DNA of 64,000 nucleotides from Anaerolineae bacterium (GTDB taxonomy: Bacteria > Chloroflexota > Anaerolineae > B4-G1 > SLSP01). Location of the stretch: NCBI GenBank assembly GCA_034429475.1, contig DAOUGD010000123.1:6934-70933 (forward strand), read 5' to 3'. This document shows, one piece after another, positions 47,984 through 56,498 of the stretch. The translations under genes and the position numbers were made by a program. Below the pieces are notes generated by a model. It was not told the DNA's origin. It worked only from the letters and a program-made list of their open reading frames with translations, and searched no databases. The stretch's first letter is position 1, and each line of letters starts with the position of its first letter.

Positions 47984-48383
47984 CCAGGTGTTTTTGATCG
48001 GCCGCATCGGGCGGTTGGAGGTGCGCCCGGTAAGTGAGAGCGGGCGACAGCAGACCCGCGCGCGGCTGGCGACGGTGCGCAAGTGGCGCGATTTGGCCGG
48101 GGCGCTGCAAGACAAGACCACCTGGCATACGGTGGTGGGGTGGGAAGCGAACGCCGCGTTGCTGGCCGAAGTGCAGGTGGGTGACACCGTATTCATCGCC
48201 GGGTACATTGACAATGACGACAGCGGTGCGACGTTTCACAGTTCCGTCGTCGCGCAGAAGGTACTGCGACTCGGCGGCAAAGCGGCGGAGTTGGATAGGC
48301 AACGCCTGGCCGAGCAGGTAGCGACCATGGATGTGGCGACGCAGAACTGGCTACGGAAACTGTTGCAAGTGTCGGAGAACTGA
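47976..48383 (+). CDS. ssb: single-stranded DNA-binding protein (SSB-like OB fold)
   Basis: MFNQVFLIGRIGRLEVRPVSESGRQQTRARLATVRKWRD...WHTVVGWEANAALLAEVQVGDTVFIAGYIDNDD matches the SSB N-terminal pattern; RBS GGGAGG. Confidence 0.65.
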   Translation: MFNQVFLIGRIGRLEVRPVSESGRQQTRARLATVRKWRDLAGALQDKTTWHTVVGWEANAALLAEVQVGDTVFIAGYIDNDDSGATFHSSVVAQKVLRLGGKAAELDRQRLAEQVATMDVATQNWLRKLLQVSEN

Positions 48384-48660
48384 GGGAGCGCATAGCGCCG
48401 CTGCGGCCAGTCGCTCTGACCCGGCACAACGACCTGGTGGTTGCGCGCGCCTCACCGGGAGTCGCTCGGCCTGGACTGCCCGGTATCCGCCTTGGTCCAG
48501 CATAACGCCCCGGACCTGGCGGTTACCCCCGACTAACCCGGGAGTTATCCGGCCTGACTACCCGGTATCCGCCTCGGCCCGGCACAACGACCCCGCGGCT
48601 TGTCCCGGTACGGGGGCTACGGCGGTACGCTGGCAGGCAAGCCGGGGCGAGACAACAAAA

Positions 48661-48690
48661 AAGAGAAGTCCGGGGGACTTCTCCTTTGGA
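48661..48690 (+). terminator. hairpin GAGAAGTCC-GGG-GGACTTCTC followed by CTTTGG
   Basis: 9-bp perfect stem read directly; downstream of ssb. Confidence 0.4.
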
Positions 48691-48781
48691 ACGGCGACCT
48701 CTCCCGGTAAGCTTTCATACCAGGCCACTATCCCTGGAAACGTGCTCCGCGCGGGTGATCTAACTAAACTATAACACGGAG

Positions 48782-49315
48782 ATGAAAATGCGCAACTGGC
48801 TTATTGCCCTCATTGCCGGGCTGCTCTTGATTGTCCCGCCGCTCGTCGGCTACGCCACCGCGCCGTGCGACTCATTGACGGCGCAGCCCCTGGTATTGTC
48901 CCCGTATCGGCTGGCGCAGCAACGGTATCTGACCCGCGCCGCCGCCGCGTTAACCGAAATGGCGGCCATCGCGCCAGAACTCCAGGCCCTCGCGGCGCAA
49001 ACCGCGCCGGTCAGCAGCGCAGAGGCGTTTCGCCGCGCCGGGCGCGCGACCGACCTCGCCACCCGGTTGGAACAAATCGCCTTGCCGGACCCGCCCGCCG
49101 TCTATACCCTGTTAGGGGAACGGTTGGCCCAGGTGCGTGATACCTACATTCTGGCTGCCGAAGATTTGCTGGCCTACCTGGGCAACCATGACCTGGCGCA
49201 ACTCCAGGCCGCCGGCGAGGCGTTGACCCTGGCGGATACCGTACGCGCCGAATTGGAGGAGGCCGTCGTCGGCCTGCACTATCCATTGTGCCGCGAGGTG
49301 TGGCGCAATGAGTGA
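48782..49315 (+). CDS. secreted hypothetical protein
   Basis: Signal peptide MRNWLIALIAGLLLIVPPLVGYATA. Confidence 0.5.
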   Translation: MKMRNWLIALIAGLLLIVPPLVGYATAPCDSLTAQPLVLSPYRLAQQRYLTRAAAALTEMAAIAPELQALAAQTAPVSSAEAFRRAGRATDLATRLEQIALPDPPAVYTLLGERLAQVRDTYILAAEDLLAYLGNHDLAQLQAAGEALTLADTVRAELEEAVVGLHYPLCREVWRNE

Positions 49316-50993
49316 AGCATTTGCCGAAAATGCCATCATCCAACTGCTGCGGGCGCAACTGGCGCACGACCAGGAGCAATTGGCCACCGCCACTTATCGG
49401 CAGAAACGCGCCGAAGAACTGCTGGGCAAATACCTGACCACGCTCTTTTCGGTAGCCTGGGGACAGGCGACCGCCGCCCGCGCCGACGTCCTGCGCTATG
49501 CCGAAGAAATGTTAGGGACGCTATCCGGCGCAGGCGGGCGCGCGCCGGACACGGCTGCCGCCATGACGGTGCTGCGCCAATACCTGGAAATTTTCGGCGT
49601 AACCTCCGCACCCGATGCCGCGCCCTCTGCCGTGATCGCGCTGGCCCAGCAGCACTTACCAACTATCACGCAGCAGTGGTCTACGCGGGCAAACGGGGAA
49701 GCGGCGGGCACCGCACCGGAGGCCGCACCCGCGATCACGCCGGACGTTGCGGGTGTCAGCGCCGTACTGCGTGCATACCTGACAGCCCTGAATGTGCCGT
49801 TCTCTGGCGCAGCCAGTCTGGTCAACCTGGCGGAACTGGCCCGGCAACAATTGCCACGGCTGAATCAACGGGTGGCCGCAGCCCCGCCACCGGTGGCGCT
49901 CCCTACGCCGCCGTCACCCGCCGTCGCGCCCCCCCCGCCGGTCGTGACGCCGGTGAGCAATCCTCTAGTATCCCTGCCTGGCTCCACCCTGCCGGATGCT
50001 GCCATCGAAGCCTGGCGCATCATTGGACGGGAACCCGCTTGGGAAAAAGCCGAGCCAGCCTTTGTGCAAGCCACCGGCCACTCGCCGGCAATGTTCCGGG
50101 ATATGGTAGAAGTACTGATGCAGCAGCACCTGTTAGGCTTGTACAAGGCGCCGGTCACCCCGCGGCACGCGGGGTTTTGCAATCCCCGGCTATTACAGAT
50201 CGGGGTTGCCGGCGCCGCGCAGTATCGCGCGCGCTTCGGGTGTGATCCGGTTCCCCTCAAAGAGTTTCTGGGCAAATACCACGTTACGGAGGCCTCCGCA
50301 CTTACCTGGTGGTTGATCCGCGCCACCCGCAATGTCATCCTCAATGGGCAACTGTTACCGGAGAACCCCTTTACTATCGAAGTGTTTGATCTGGCTGAAG
50401 GTATCCCGGACGGCTATCAGCGTGAATATGGCGAATGCCGGAATCCCAACAAGGCGGGTGATGAAAAATGCAGCGTACCGGATTTGTTTGTGGAACTCCA
50501 ACCACGCGGGGGGCCGCTAACCCGCGTGTGTGTGGAATGCGAGCGGGGCCGGTATGCCAATCAAGCCCTGAAACAGAAGTTGCGCTGGACCATGCACAAT
50601 TACGCGCAAGCTGGTTTTGCCGGGGTGTACTATGTCGCGCCGTCCGCAACCGAAGCGCGGCTGTTACACCGCGCCCTAGCAAAGCTGGCCGCCGATTTAC
50701 GGCAGACCCCGCAGATGGTGGAGCGCGGGATGCTGGCGCTCTTCACCTTTGACGCGCTGGTAGACCACTGGCTGCCGTCGCCAGCGATGGTGGATCGCTG
50801 GGCTGGTGACGCTGGTTTCCCGGCAGCAGAGGGATCGAACGCCGCAGATGCGGCGGCTGTAGCTGTGCCAACTGAAGGCGAAGTTAATAAGGCGGGAGGG
50901 GAACCGCCGACTGCGGCCCACGCTATCTGCCGGCTGAAACACCGGCAACGGCCGGGCAATGCAAACCGTGCGGTGCGCCCTACAGGAGAATAA
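49308..50993 (+). CDS. hypothetical 561-aa protein: N-terminal internal helical repeats, Pro-rich linker, C-terminal Cys-containing nuclease-like domain
   Basis: C-terminal region ...GYQREYGECRNPNKAGDEKCSVPDLFVELQPRGGPLTRVCVECERGRYANQALKQKLRWTMHNY...; loosely resembles the PD-(D/E)xK / Hjc layout (E ... PD ... ExE/K), low certainty. Confidence 0.55.
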   Translation: MSEAFAENAIIQLLRAQLAHDQEQLATATYRQKRAEELLGKYLTTLFSVAWGQATAARADVLRYAEEMLGTLSGAGGRAPDTAAAMTVLRQYLEIFGVTSAPDAAPSAVIALAQQHLPTITQQWSTRANGEAAGTAPEAAPAITPDVAGVSAVLRAYLTALNVPFSGAASLVNLAELARQQLPRLNQRVAAAPPPVALPTPPSPAVAPPPPVVTPVSNPLVSLPGSTLPDAAIEAWRIIGREPAWEKAEPAFVQATGHSPAMFRDMVEVLMQQHLLGLYKAPVTPRHAGFCNPRLLQIGVAGAAQYRARFGCDPVPLKEFLGKYHVTEASALTWWLIRATRNVILNGQLLPENPFTIEVFDLAEGIPDGYQREYGECRNPNKAGDEKCSVPDLFVELQPRGGPLTRVCVECERGRYANQALKQKLRWTMHNYAQAGFAGVYYVAPSATEARLLHRALAKLAADLRQTPQMVERGMLALFTFDALVDHWLPSPAMVDRWAGDAGFPAAEGSNAADAAAVAVPTEGEVNKAGGEPPTAAHAICRLKHRQRPGNANRAVRPTGE

Positions 50994-51188
50994 ATGATGG
51001 AAATTTGGATTACCCGCCTGGCATTGCTCTGGTTGGATGGTAGTATCTTGCTCCTGGCCGCGTTACTATCTGTCGGCCCGTATGTACTGGCCCTAGCTGG
51101 CGCGGGGTTGCTGGCTGGAAGGCCACGCTATCGCCGGCAACGAGCGCCGGGACGAACAGCGCCGCCGCAGCGATTCACGCTGCGGTAA
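50994..51188 (+). CDS. small 2-TM protein (MEIWITRLALLWLDGSILLLAALLSVGPYVLALAG...)
   Basis: Immediately follows the upstream stop; a paralog sits at 51942..52133. Confidence 0.5.
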   Translation: MMEIWITRLALLWLDGSILLLAALLSVGPYVLALAGAGLLAGRPRYRRQRAPGRTAPPQRFTLR

Positions 51189-51261
51189 GCGACGACATGG
51201 AGCCGCTCAGCCCGTCTGCGCGCTCCGACTAAGCCTGCTTGCGTAGTTGTGATAGCAACAG

Positions 51262-51942
51262 TTGCATCCCTGGCTCAGACACCCCCGGCAACAGCAGAGC
51301 AAATATCACATCACCGTCGCCTCGCCCATCACCTGGTGGCTGATCCGCGCCACGCGCAATGCCCTCCTCAATGGCCGGCTTTTGCCGGATAACCCTTTTG
51401 CAATCGAAGTGTTTGACCTGGCTGAGGGTATCCCCGAAGGCTATCAGCGGGAATACGGCGAGTGCCGGAGCGCCGACAAAGTGGGGGATGAAAAATGCAG
51501 CGTACCGGATTTGTTCGTGGAATTGCAAGCGCGCGGCGGACCGCTGACCCGGCTGTGCGTGGAGTGCGAACGCGGGCGATACGCCAATCAGGCCTTGAAG
51601 CAAAAGCTGCGCTGGACAATGCACAACTACGGCCAGGCTGGCTTCGCCGGGGTGTACTACGTCGCGCCGGCCGCGCCGGAAGCCCGGCTGTTACAACGGG
51701 CGCTGGGCAAACTGGCCGCCGACTTGCGGCAGACGCCGACGCTGGTGGAGAAAGGGTTGCTGGCGATCTTCACGTTTGACGCCCTGATAGACCACTGGCT
51801 ACCGTCGCCGGCGATGGTAGACCGCTGGGGGAGCGGCATCCCGGCGGAGGAAATCCCGGCCACTGCCGCGCGCGCCGTATGCCGGCTCAAGCATCGGCAA
51901 CGCGCCGGGAATACGCAACCATTGCCTGGAGGAGAAGAGTGA
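51262..51942 (+). CDS. stand-alone paralog of the C-terminal nuclease-like domain of the 49308..50993 protein
   Basis: About 85% identical to the first copy at protein and DNA level from ITWWLIRATRN onward; N-terminal 25 aa unrelated (start uncertain). Confidence 0.55.
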   Translation: MHPWLRHPRQQQSKYHITVASPITWWLIRATRNALLNGRLLPDNPFAIEVFDLAEGIPEGYQREYGECRSADKVGDEKCSVPDLFVELQARGGPLTRLCVECERGRYANQALKQKLRWTMHNYGQAGFAGVYYVAPAAPEARLLQRALGKLAADLRQTPTLVEKGLLAIFTFDALIDHWLPSPAMVDRWGSGIPAEEIPATAARAVCRLKHRQRAGNTQPLPGGEE

Positions 51943-52133
51943 TGGAGATTTGGCTGACGCGGATTGCATTATTGTGGTTGGATGGGAGCATTTTGTTGCT
52001 GGCGGCGCTGGTGTCTGTCGGGCCGTATGCGTTGGCGCTGATCGGGGCGACTTTGTTGATAAATTGGCCACGCAAGCCACAGAGGCGACAATCGGAGCGC
52101 GCGCTGGCACCACCACGGTTCACACTGCGCTAA
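51942..52133 (+). CDS. small 2-TM protein, paralog of 50994..51188
   Basis: MEIWLTRIALLWLDGSILLLAALVSVGPYALALIGA; ATG overlaps the upstream stop. Confidence 0.5.
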   Translation: MEIWLTRIALLWLDGSILLLAALVSVGPYALALIGATLLINWPRKPQRRQSERALAPPRFTLR

Positions 52134-52666
52134 AAACCCAGCGCAGAAGGTGGTACCAATTTCTCCCGCCGATGGCTGGGATACTACGACTAGTGCTTCT
52201 GAATGGCGCTGACGTCATTGCCATACAGCTCCGCTACTCACAATCCGAGGTAGAGTGATCCAAGACGAATTTGGCGGGTATTCTGGTTTCCTATGGTAAC
52301 GTTCCACCGCTGACGATATACTCTGACATCTCAACATGAACATAGTATGTGTGGGCGCAATACCCCCTACTTACGCAGTTTGACGGCCAGGGGCCCCCAC
52401 CCGCTACGGCTGGCATGGCTACCATACCAGCTATACTGCACAAAATCTTATGAGAAGCAGCGATCAGATTTCAAAGGGACATATTCCACCTCCGCTGCCC
52501 GACAATGTTGACCGCTACCGTCCATGGCATACCTCAATTGTGGGTTGATTTCAATTCCATTCTCCCAACCCAGGTCTCGGACTATCCATTATTGATAAAT
52601 GGAGTATCAACCAAGGTTAAAGAGGATGATTTTTGCCATAGGGTGGGCGTCAAAGTTTCGCAAGAC

Positions 52667-52769
52667 TCAAGACTACAAAAGTCTTAGCGGACAGTTGGGG
52701 GGACGACGATGCTACGTTGACCTCGGTTTTAGCTTGGCAGTGGGACTACGTTAGACTTTTGTAGTCTTG
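52667..52769. promoter_or_regulatory. inverted repeat TCAAGACTACAAAAGTCTTAG ... TTAGACTTTTGTAGTCTTG flanking about 63 bp, upstream of a PadR gene
   Basis: 19-bp arms are reverse complements (52667-52687, 52751-52769). Confidence 0.5.
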
Positions 52770-52858
52770 TTCGCGAAAAAGCGACGGACACCCTTTGCCA
52801 TACACTCTATTGAAAAAATGTCATTAGATGATATACTGTGGGCGGAGGTGAGAGACCT

Positions 52859-53248
52859 ATGCAAAATCGTGGACGACGTTGCGGAGGACGCGGCTGCGCC
52901 CGGCGGATGGGGCAATTCCTGGACCCCACCCTGCTTTTATTGCTCAAGGCCGCCCCGGCGCACGGCTATACCTTGTTGGGGCGGATGGCCGAGTTCGGCC
53001 TGGACTTTCTGGACGCTACGGTGATCTACCGCACCCTGCGCGAGATGGAGGAGCATGGTTGGGTGACTTCGACCTGGGATGAAGCCGCGACGCAAGGGCC
53101 GCCGCGTCGCGTCTATACCCTCACCCCCCTGGGCGCTGAGGTGTTGGCGTGCTGCGTTTCTCAACTGGAAACCACGCAAGCCACCATTCACCACTTTCTC
53201 GATCTGTATCAAGGAAGCGAATCAGCGAGTGAGCGGATCAGCGAGTAA
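52859..53248 (+). CDS. PadR-family transcriptional regulator
   Basis: LLLLLKAAPAHGYTLLGRMAEFGL...TVIYRTLREMEEHGWVTSTWD...RRVYTLTPLG; the 3-prime end carries 3 tandem 16-bp repeats (53218-53267) spanning the stop. Confidence 0.8.
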   Translation: MQNRGRRCGGRGCARRMGQFLDPTLLLLLKAAPAHGYTLLGRMAEFGLDFLDATVIYRTLREMEEHGWVTSTWDEAATQGPPRRVYTLTPLGAEVLACCVSQLETTQATIHHFLDLYQGSESASERISE

Positions 53249-53310
53249 ACGGATCAGCGAGTGAGAGCACTCAGCACTCAGTCCTCAGCCCTATCTAAGG
53301 AGGTTTGTCT

Positions 53311-53697
53311 ATGCAAATCGTCATTCCGGCCAACGGCGCCGATCTGGACGCCCCCGCCAGCCCGGTTTTCGGGCGTTGTCAGACGTTCATTTTTGTTGAC
53401 CCTGAGACATTAGCCTTCACAGTCTTGCCCAATCCGGCGCTTGACGCGCCCGGCGGCGCGGGGGTGCAAGCTGCCCAGACCGTGGTGCAACGCGGCGTGG
53501 CCGCTGTCATCGCGCCGAGCCTGGGACCGAACGCCTTCCGCGTCATCCAGGCGGCCGGCATCCCGGTTTATCAACAACAAGGCGCGACCGTGCGTGACGT
53601 GCTCAACGCCTTCAACACTGGTCAATTACCTCGCCTCGAAGCCCCCGGCGCCGACCACATGGGACTCGGCGGCGGGCATCATCGCGGGCACGCCTGA
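53311..53697 (+). CDS. NifX/NifB-like dinitrogenase FeMo-cofactor-binding domain protein (DUF134-type)
   Basis: MQIVIPANGADLDAPASPVFGRCQTFIFVD...VAAVIAPSLGPNAF...AAGIPVY; RBS AAGGAGG. Confidence 0.7.
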   Translation: MQIVIPANGADLDAPASPVFGRCQTFIFVDPETLAFTVLPNPALDAPGGAGVQAAQTVVQRGVAAVIAPSLGPNAFRVIQAAGIPVYQQQGATVRDVLNAFNTGQLPRLEAPGADHMGLGGGHHRGHA

Positions 53698-53783
53698 TTT
53701 TGGATTTCTCGTCACCTCTCAAACCATTCGACTGACGACTATTCGACTAACGACTACCCAACCATCTTTAAGGAGAGACTTCA

Positions 53784-54161
53784 ATGACTAAAATTGCGCT
53801 TGCCGTATTAGATGCCAATGGCCTGGACGCTCAAATCAGCCCGCACTTTGGACGTTGCCCGTACTTCATCCTGGTGGACGCCGAAGGGCAAGAAGTGCGC
53901 GCCGTCGAGACCGTCGCCAACCCGTATTACCCCGATCACGAGCCGGGACAGGTTCCCGCTTTCATCCACAGCCTGGGCGCGCAGGTGATGCTCGCCGGCG
54001 GAATGGGCGGCCGCGCCGTGGCTTTCTTCCAGCAGTACGGCATTGAGCCGGCGACCGGCGCAGCCGGCACGGTGCGCGAATCGCTGACCCGCTATCTGGG
54101 TGGAGAATTGCAAGGGGCTGCCCCGTGTGCGGAGAGTGTGGCACACGGGCACGCGCATTGA
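53784..54161 (+). CDS. NifX/NifB-like FeMo-cofactor-binding domain protein, second copy
   Basis: MTKIALAVLDANGLDAQISPHFGRCPYFILVD...QVMLAGGMGGRAVAFFQQYGIEP. Confidence 0.7.
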   Translation: MTKIALAVLDANGLDAQISPHFGRCPYFILVDAEGQEVRAVETVANPYYPDHEPGQVPAFIHSLGAQVMLAGGMGGRAVAFFQQYGIEPATGAAGTVRESLTRYLGGELQGAAPCAESVAHGHAH

Positions 54162-55012
54162 AACTCGCTATTGCCAGCGGCAAGGGCGGCACCGGCAAGA
54201 CAACGGTGGCCGTGAGTCTGGCCCTCAGTCTGGCCGCTGCCGCCCCCCTGTTGTTGGATTGCGACGTCGAAGAACCCAACGCCGCCTTGTTTTTGCGTCC
54301 GACAATGACGGCGCGGCGCGAGGTAGGTGTGCTGATCCCCGTGGTAGACGCAGCGCGCTGCACCCTCTGCGGGCGCTGCGCCGCAGTTTGCCAGTATCAC
54401 GCCATCACCGTCATTGGAAAACAAGTGCTGGTTTTCCCGGAACTGTGCCACGGTTGCGGCAGTTGTACGCGCCAATGCCCGGTGGCTGCGATCCGTGAAG
54501 AATTGAATGTGATGGGAACGTTAGAAACAGGGCGCGCGGGATCGGTAGAATTTTGCCAGGGAACGCTCAACGTAGGCGCGGCGATGGCCGTGCCGGTGAT
54601 CCGTCAGCTTAAGCAGTGGGCGATTCCGCCAGACGCCGCCGACCGACCCGTCATCCTCGACGCGCCGCCGGGTGCTTCGTGCCCCGTCGTCGAAACCCTA
54701 CGCGACGCCGACGCGGTGCTGCTCGTCACCGAGCCGACGCCCTTCGGCCGGCACGATCTGCGGGTGGCCGTGCAGGTCGCCCGCGACGAACTCGACCTGC
54801 CCGTCGCCGTCGTCGTCAACCGTGACGGCGTGGGCGACGCGGGCGTGGACGCCTACTGCGCCGCCGAGGGGCTGCCCATCCTGCTGCGCATCCCGCTGGA
54901 TCGCGCTATTGCGGAAGGAATCGCCAACGGGGCCCCCCTCATCGCCATCCGGCCAGAATATCAGCCACGTCTTGTCACATTGTGGGGAGAAATCCAGACT
55001 CTCGCTGCTTGA
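54158..55012 (+). CDS. MinD/Mrp(NBP35)-family P-loop ATPase with inserted 4Fe-4S ferredoxin-like Cys motifs
   Basis: KLAIASGKGGTGKTTVAV; CTLCGRCAAVCQYHA and CHGCGSCTRQCP; start taken as TTG 54158 (alternative ATG 54125). Confidence 0.7.
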   Translation: MKLAIASGKGGTGKTTVAVSLALSLAAAAPLLLDCDVEEPNAALFLRPTMTARREVGVLIPVVDAARCTLCGRCAAVCQYHAITVIGKQVLVFPELCHGCGSCTRQCPVAAIREELNVMGTLETGRAGSVEFCQGTLNVGAAMAVPVIRQLKQWAIPPDAADRPVILDAPPGASCPVVETLRDADAVLLVTEPTPFGRHDLRVAVQVARDELDLPVAVVVNRDGVGDAGVDAYCAAEGLPILLRIPLDRAIAEGIANGAPLIAIRPEYQPRLVTLWGEIQTLAA

Positions 55013-55030
55013 TTTGGCGTTAGGAGGAAC

Positions 55031-55992
55031 GTGTACCGGCAACTTTGGCTCATCGGGTTGGCTCTGTGGCTGGTGGGATGTGCGTCGCACGCAGTCCCTA
55101 CGGCGCCACCACCCACGCTCACGTCCGTGACGCCGCCTGCGGCATCTGCCACGCTCCCGCCGACGTCCACGGCGACGCCCACCCTGGCGCCGACCGCGAC
55201 TACCATTCCGTCCACGGCGCCGCCGGCGCCATTCACAGTGACGCCTGATAGTCAACCTATGGAGGTCAGAACGATGCTCACCATCACCGTATTGTACGAC
55301 AACGTGGCCCACGACGCGCGCCTGCAGACCGATTGGGGCCTCGCGTGTCTGGTAGAGGGCCTGGAACAACCGCTGCTCTTCGATACCGGTGGCAAGGGCG
55401 ACATCCTCCTGCGGAATATGCGCGCGCTGGGACTGGACCCGCAGGCGGTGCGCACCGTCGTCCTCTCCCACGCCCACGGCGATCACACCGGCGGGTGGCG
55501 GGATTCCTGGCCGAAAATCCTGACGTCACCGTCTATCTGCTCGCCTCCTTCCCCGCCGGGATCAAAGACACCGTTCGGCAAGCCGGCGCGACACTGGTGG
55601 AAGTGACCGGACCGCAAGCGATCGACGCGGCGGCGTATACCACCGGCGAACTCGGCGACCAGATTCGGGAGCAGGCGTTGGTGTTGGAGACGCCGCGCGG
55701 TCTGGTGGTCATCACCGGCTGCGCGCATCCTGGCATCGCCGCGATGGTGCGCCAGGCGCAGGCGACGGCGGCGGGCGACGTGACCCTGACGCTCGGCGGC
55801 TTCCATCTGCGCGACGCTAACGCCGCGTCCTTCGCCGCCACGATTGCCGAGTTGCAAGACCTGGGCGTCCAGCGCATCGCGCCGAGTCACTGCACCGGGG
55901 ATGCGGCACGCCGCGCCTTTACGGAAGCGTTCGGTGCAGATTACCTGGAGAGTGGCGTGGGGCAAGTCTTTGGCATCGCGGACGAAGAGTAA
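55031..55992 (+). pseudogene. MBL-fold metallo-hydrolase lipoprotein with a -1 frameshift at about 55495
   Basis: Lipobox LALWLVGCAS; Pro/Thr linker; frame A ends ...VLSHAHGDHTGG, frame C continues (V)AGFLAENPDVTVYLLASFPAG... One base shared or missing inside GGCGGGTGGCGGG. Confidence 0.6.
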
Positions 55993-56000
55993 TCCCGGCT

Positions 56001-56498
56001 ATGTCTGACGCACCGCTCATCCAGTATCGGCCCATCGGCGTCCTCCACACCCCATTCCAGGATATCGCCGGGATGCCCATCCAGCCGGCGGGCGCGGCGG
56101 GAGTAGGCGGTACGGCGGAAATTTTCCCCGAATTTGTTCCCGGTCTGCAAAACCTGGAAGACTTCTCACACGTCATCGTACTGTACCACTTTCACCGCGC
56201 GCCCGCGCCCCGGTTGTTGGTCACGCCGTTTCTGGACACCGAGCCGCGCGGCGTCTTCGCCACCCGCGCCCCGGCGCGGCCTAATCCCATCGGGCTTTCG
56301 GTGGTGCGGCTGCTGGTGCGCGAAGGGCCTATCCTATACCTGGAAAATGTGGACATGCTGGATGGTACGCCTCTGCTCGACCTCAAGCCCTATGTCCCGG
56401 CCTTTGACGGCGGCGCGGCAGATCGGGTGGGCTGGTTAGAACCCGCGCAAGCGCGGGTTCATAGTCATCAGTCCGATAGGAGATTTGATGAAACATGA
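56001..56498 (+). CDS. trmO: tRNA (N6-threonylcarbamoyladenosine37) methyltransferase TrmO/TsaA family
   Basis: YRPIGVLHTPF...NPIGLSVVRLL...DMLDGTPLLDLKPYVP. Confidence 0.8.
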   Translation: MSDAPLIQYRPIGVLHTPFQDIAGMPIQPAGAAGVGGTAEIFPEFVPGLQNLEDFSHVIVLYHFHRAPAPRLLVTPFLDTEPRGVFATRAPARPNPIGLSVVRLLVREGPILYLENVDMLDGTPLLDLKPYVPAFDGGAADRVGWLEPAQARVHSHQSDRRFDET

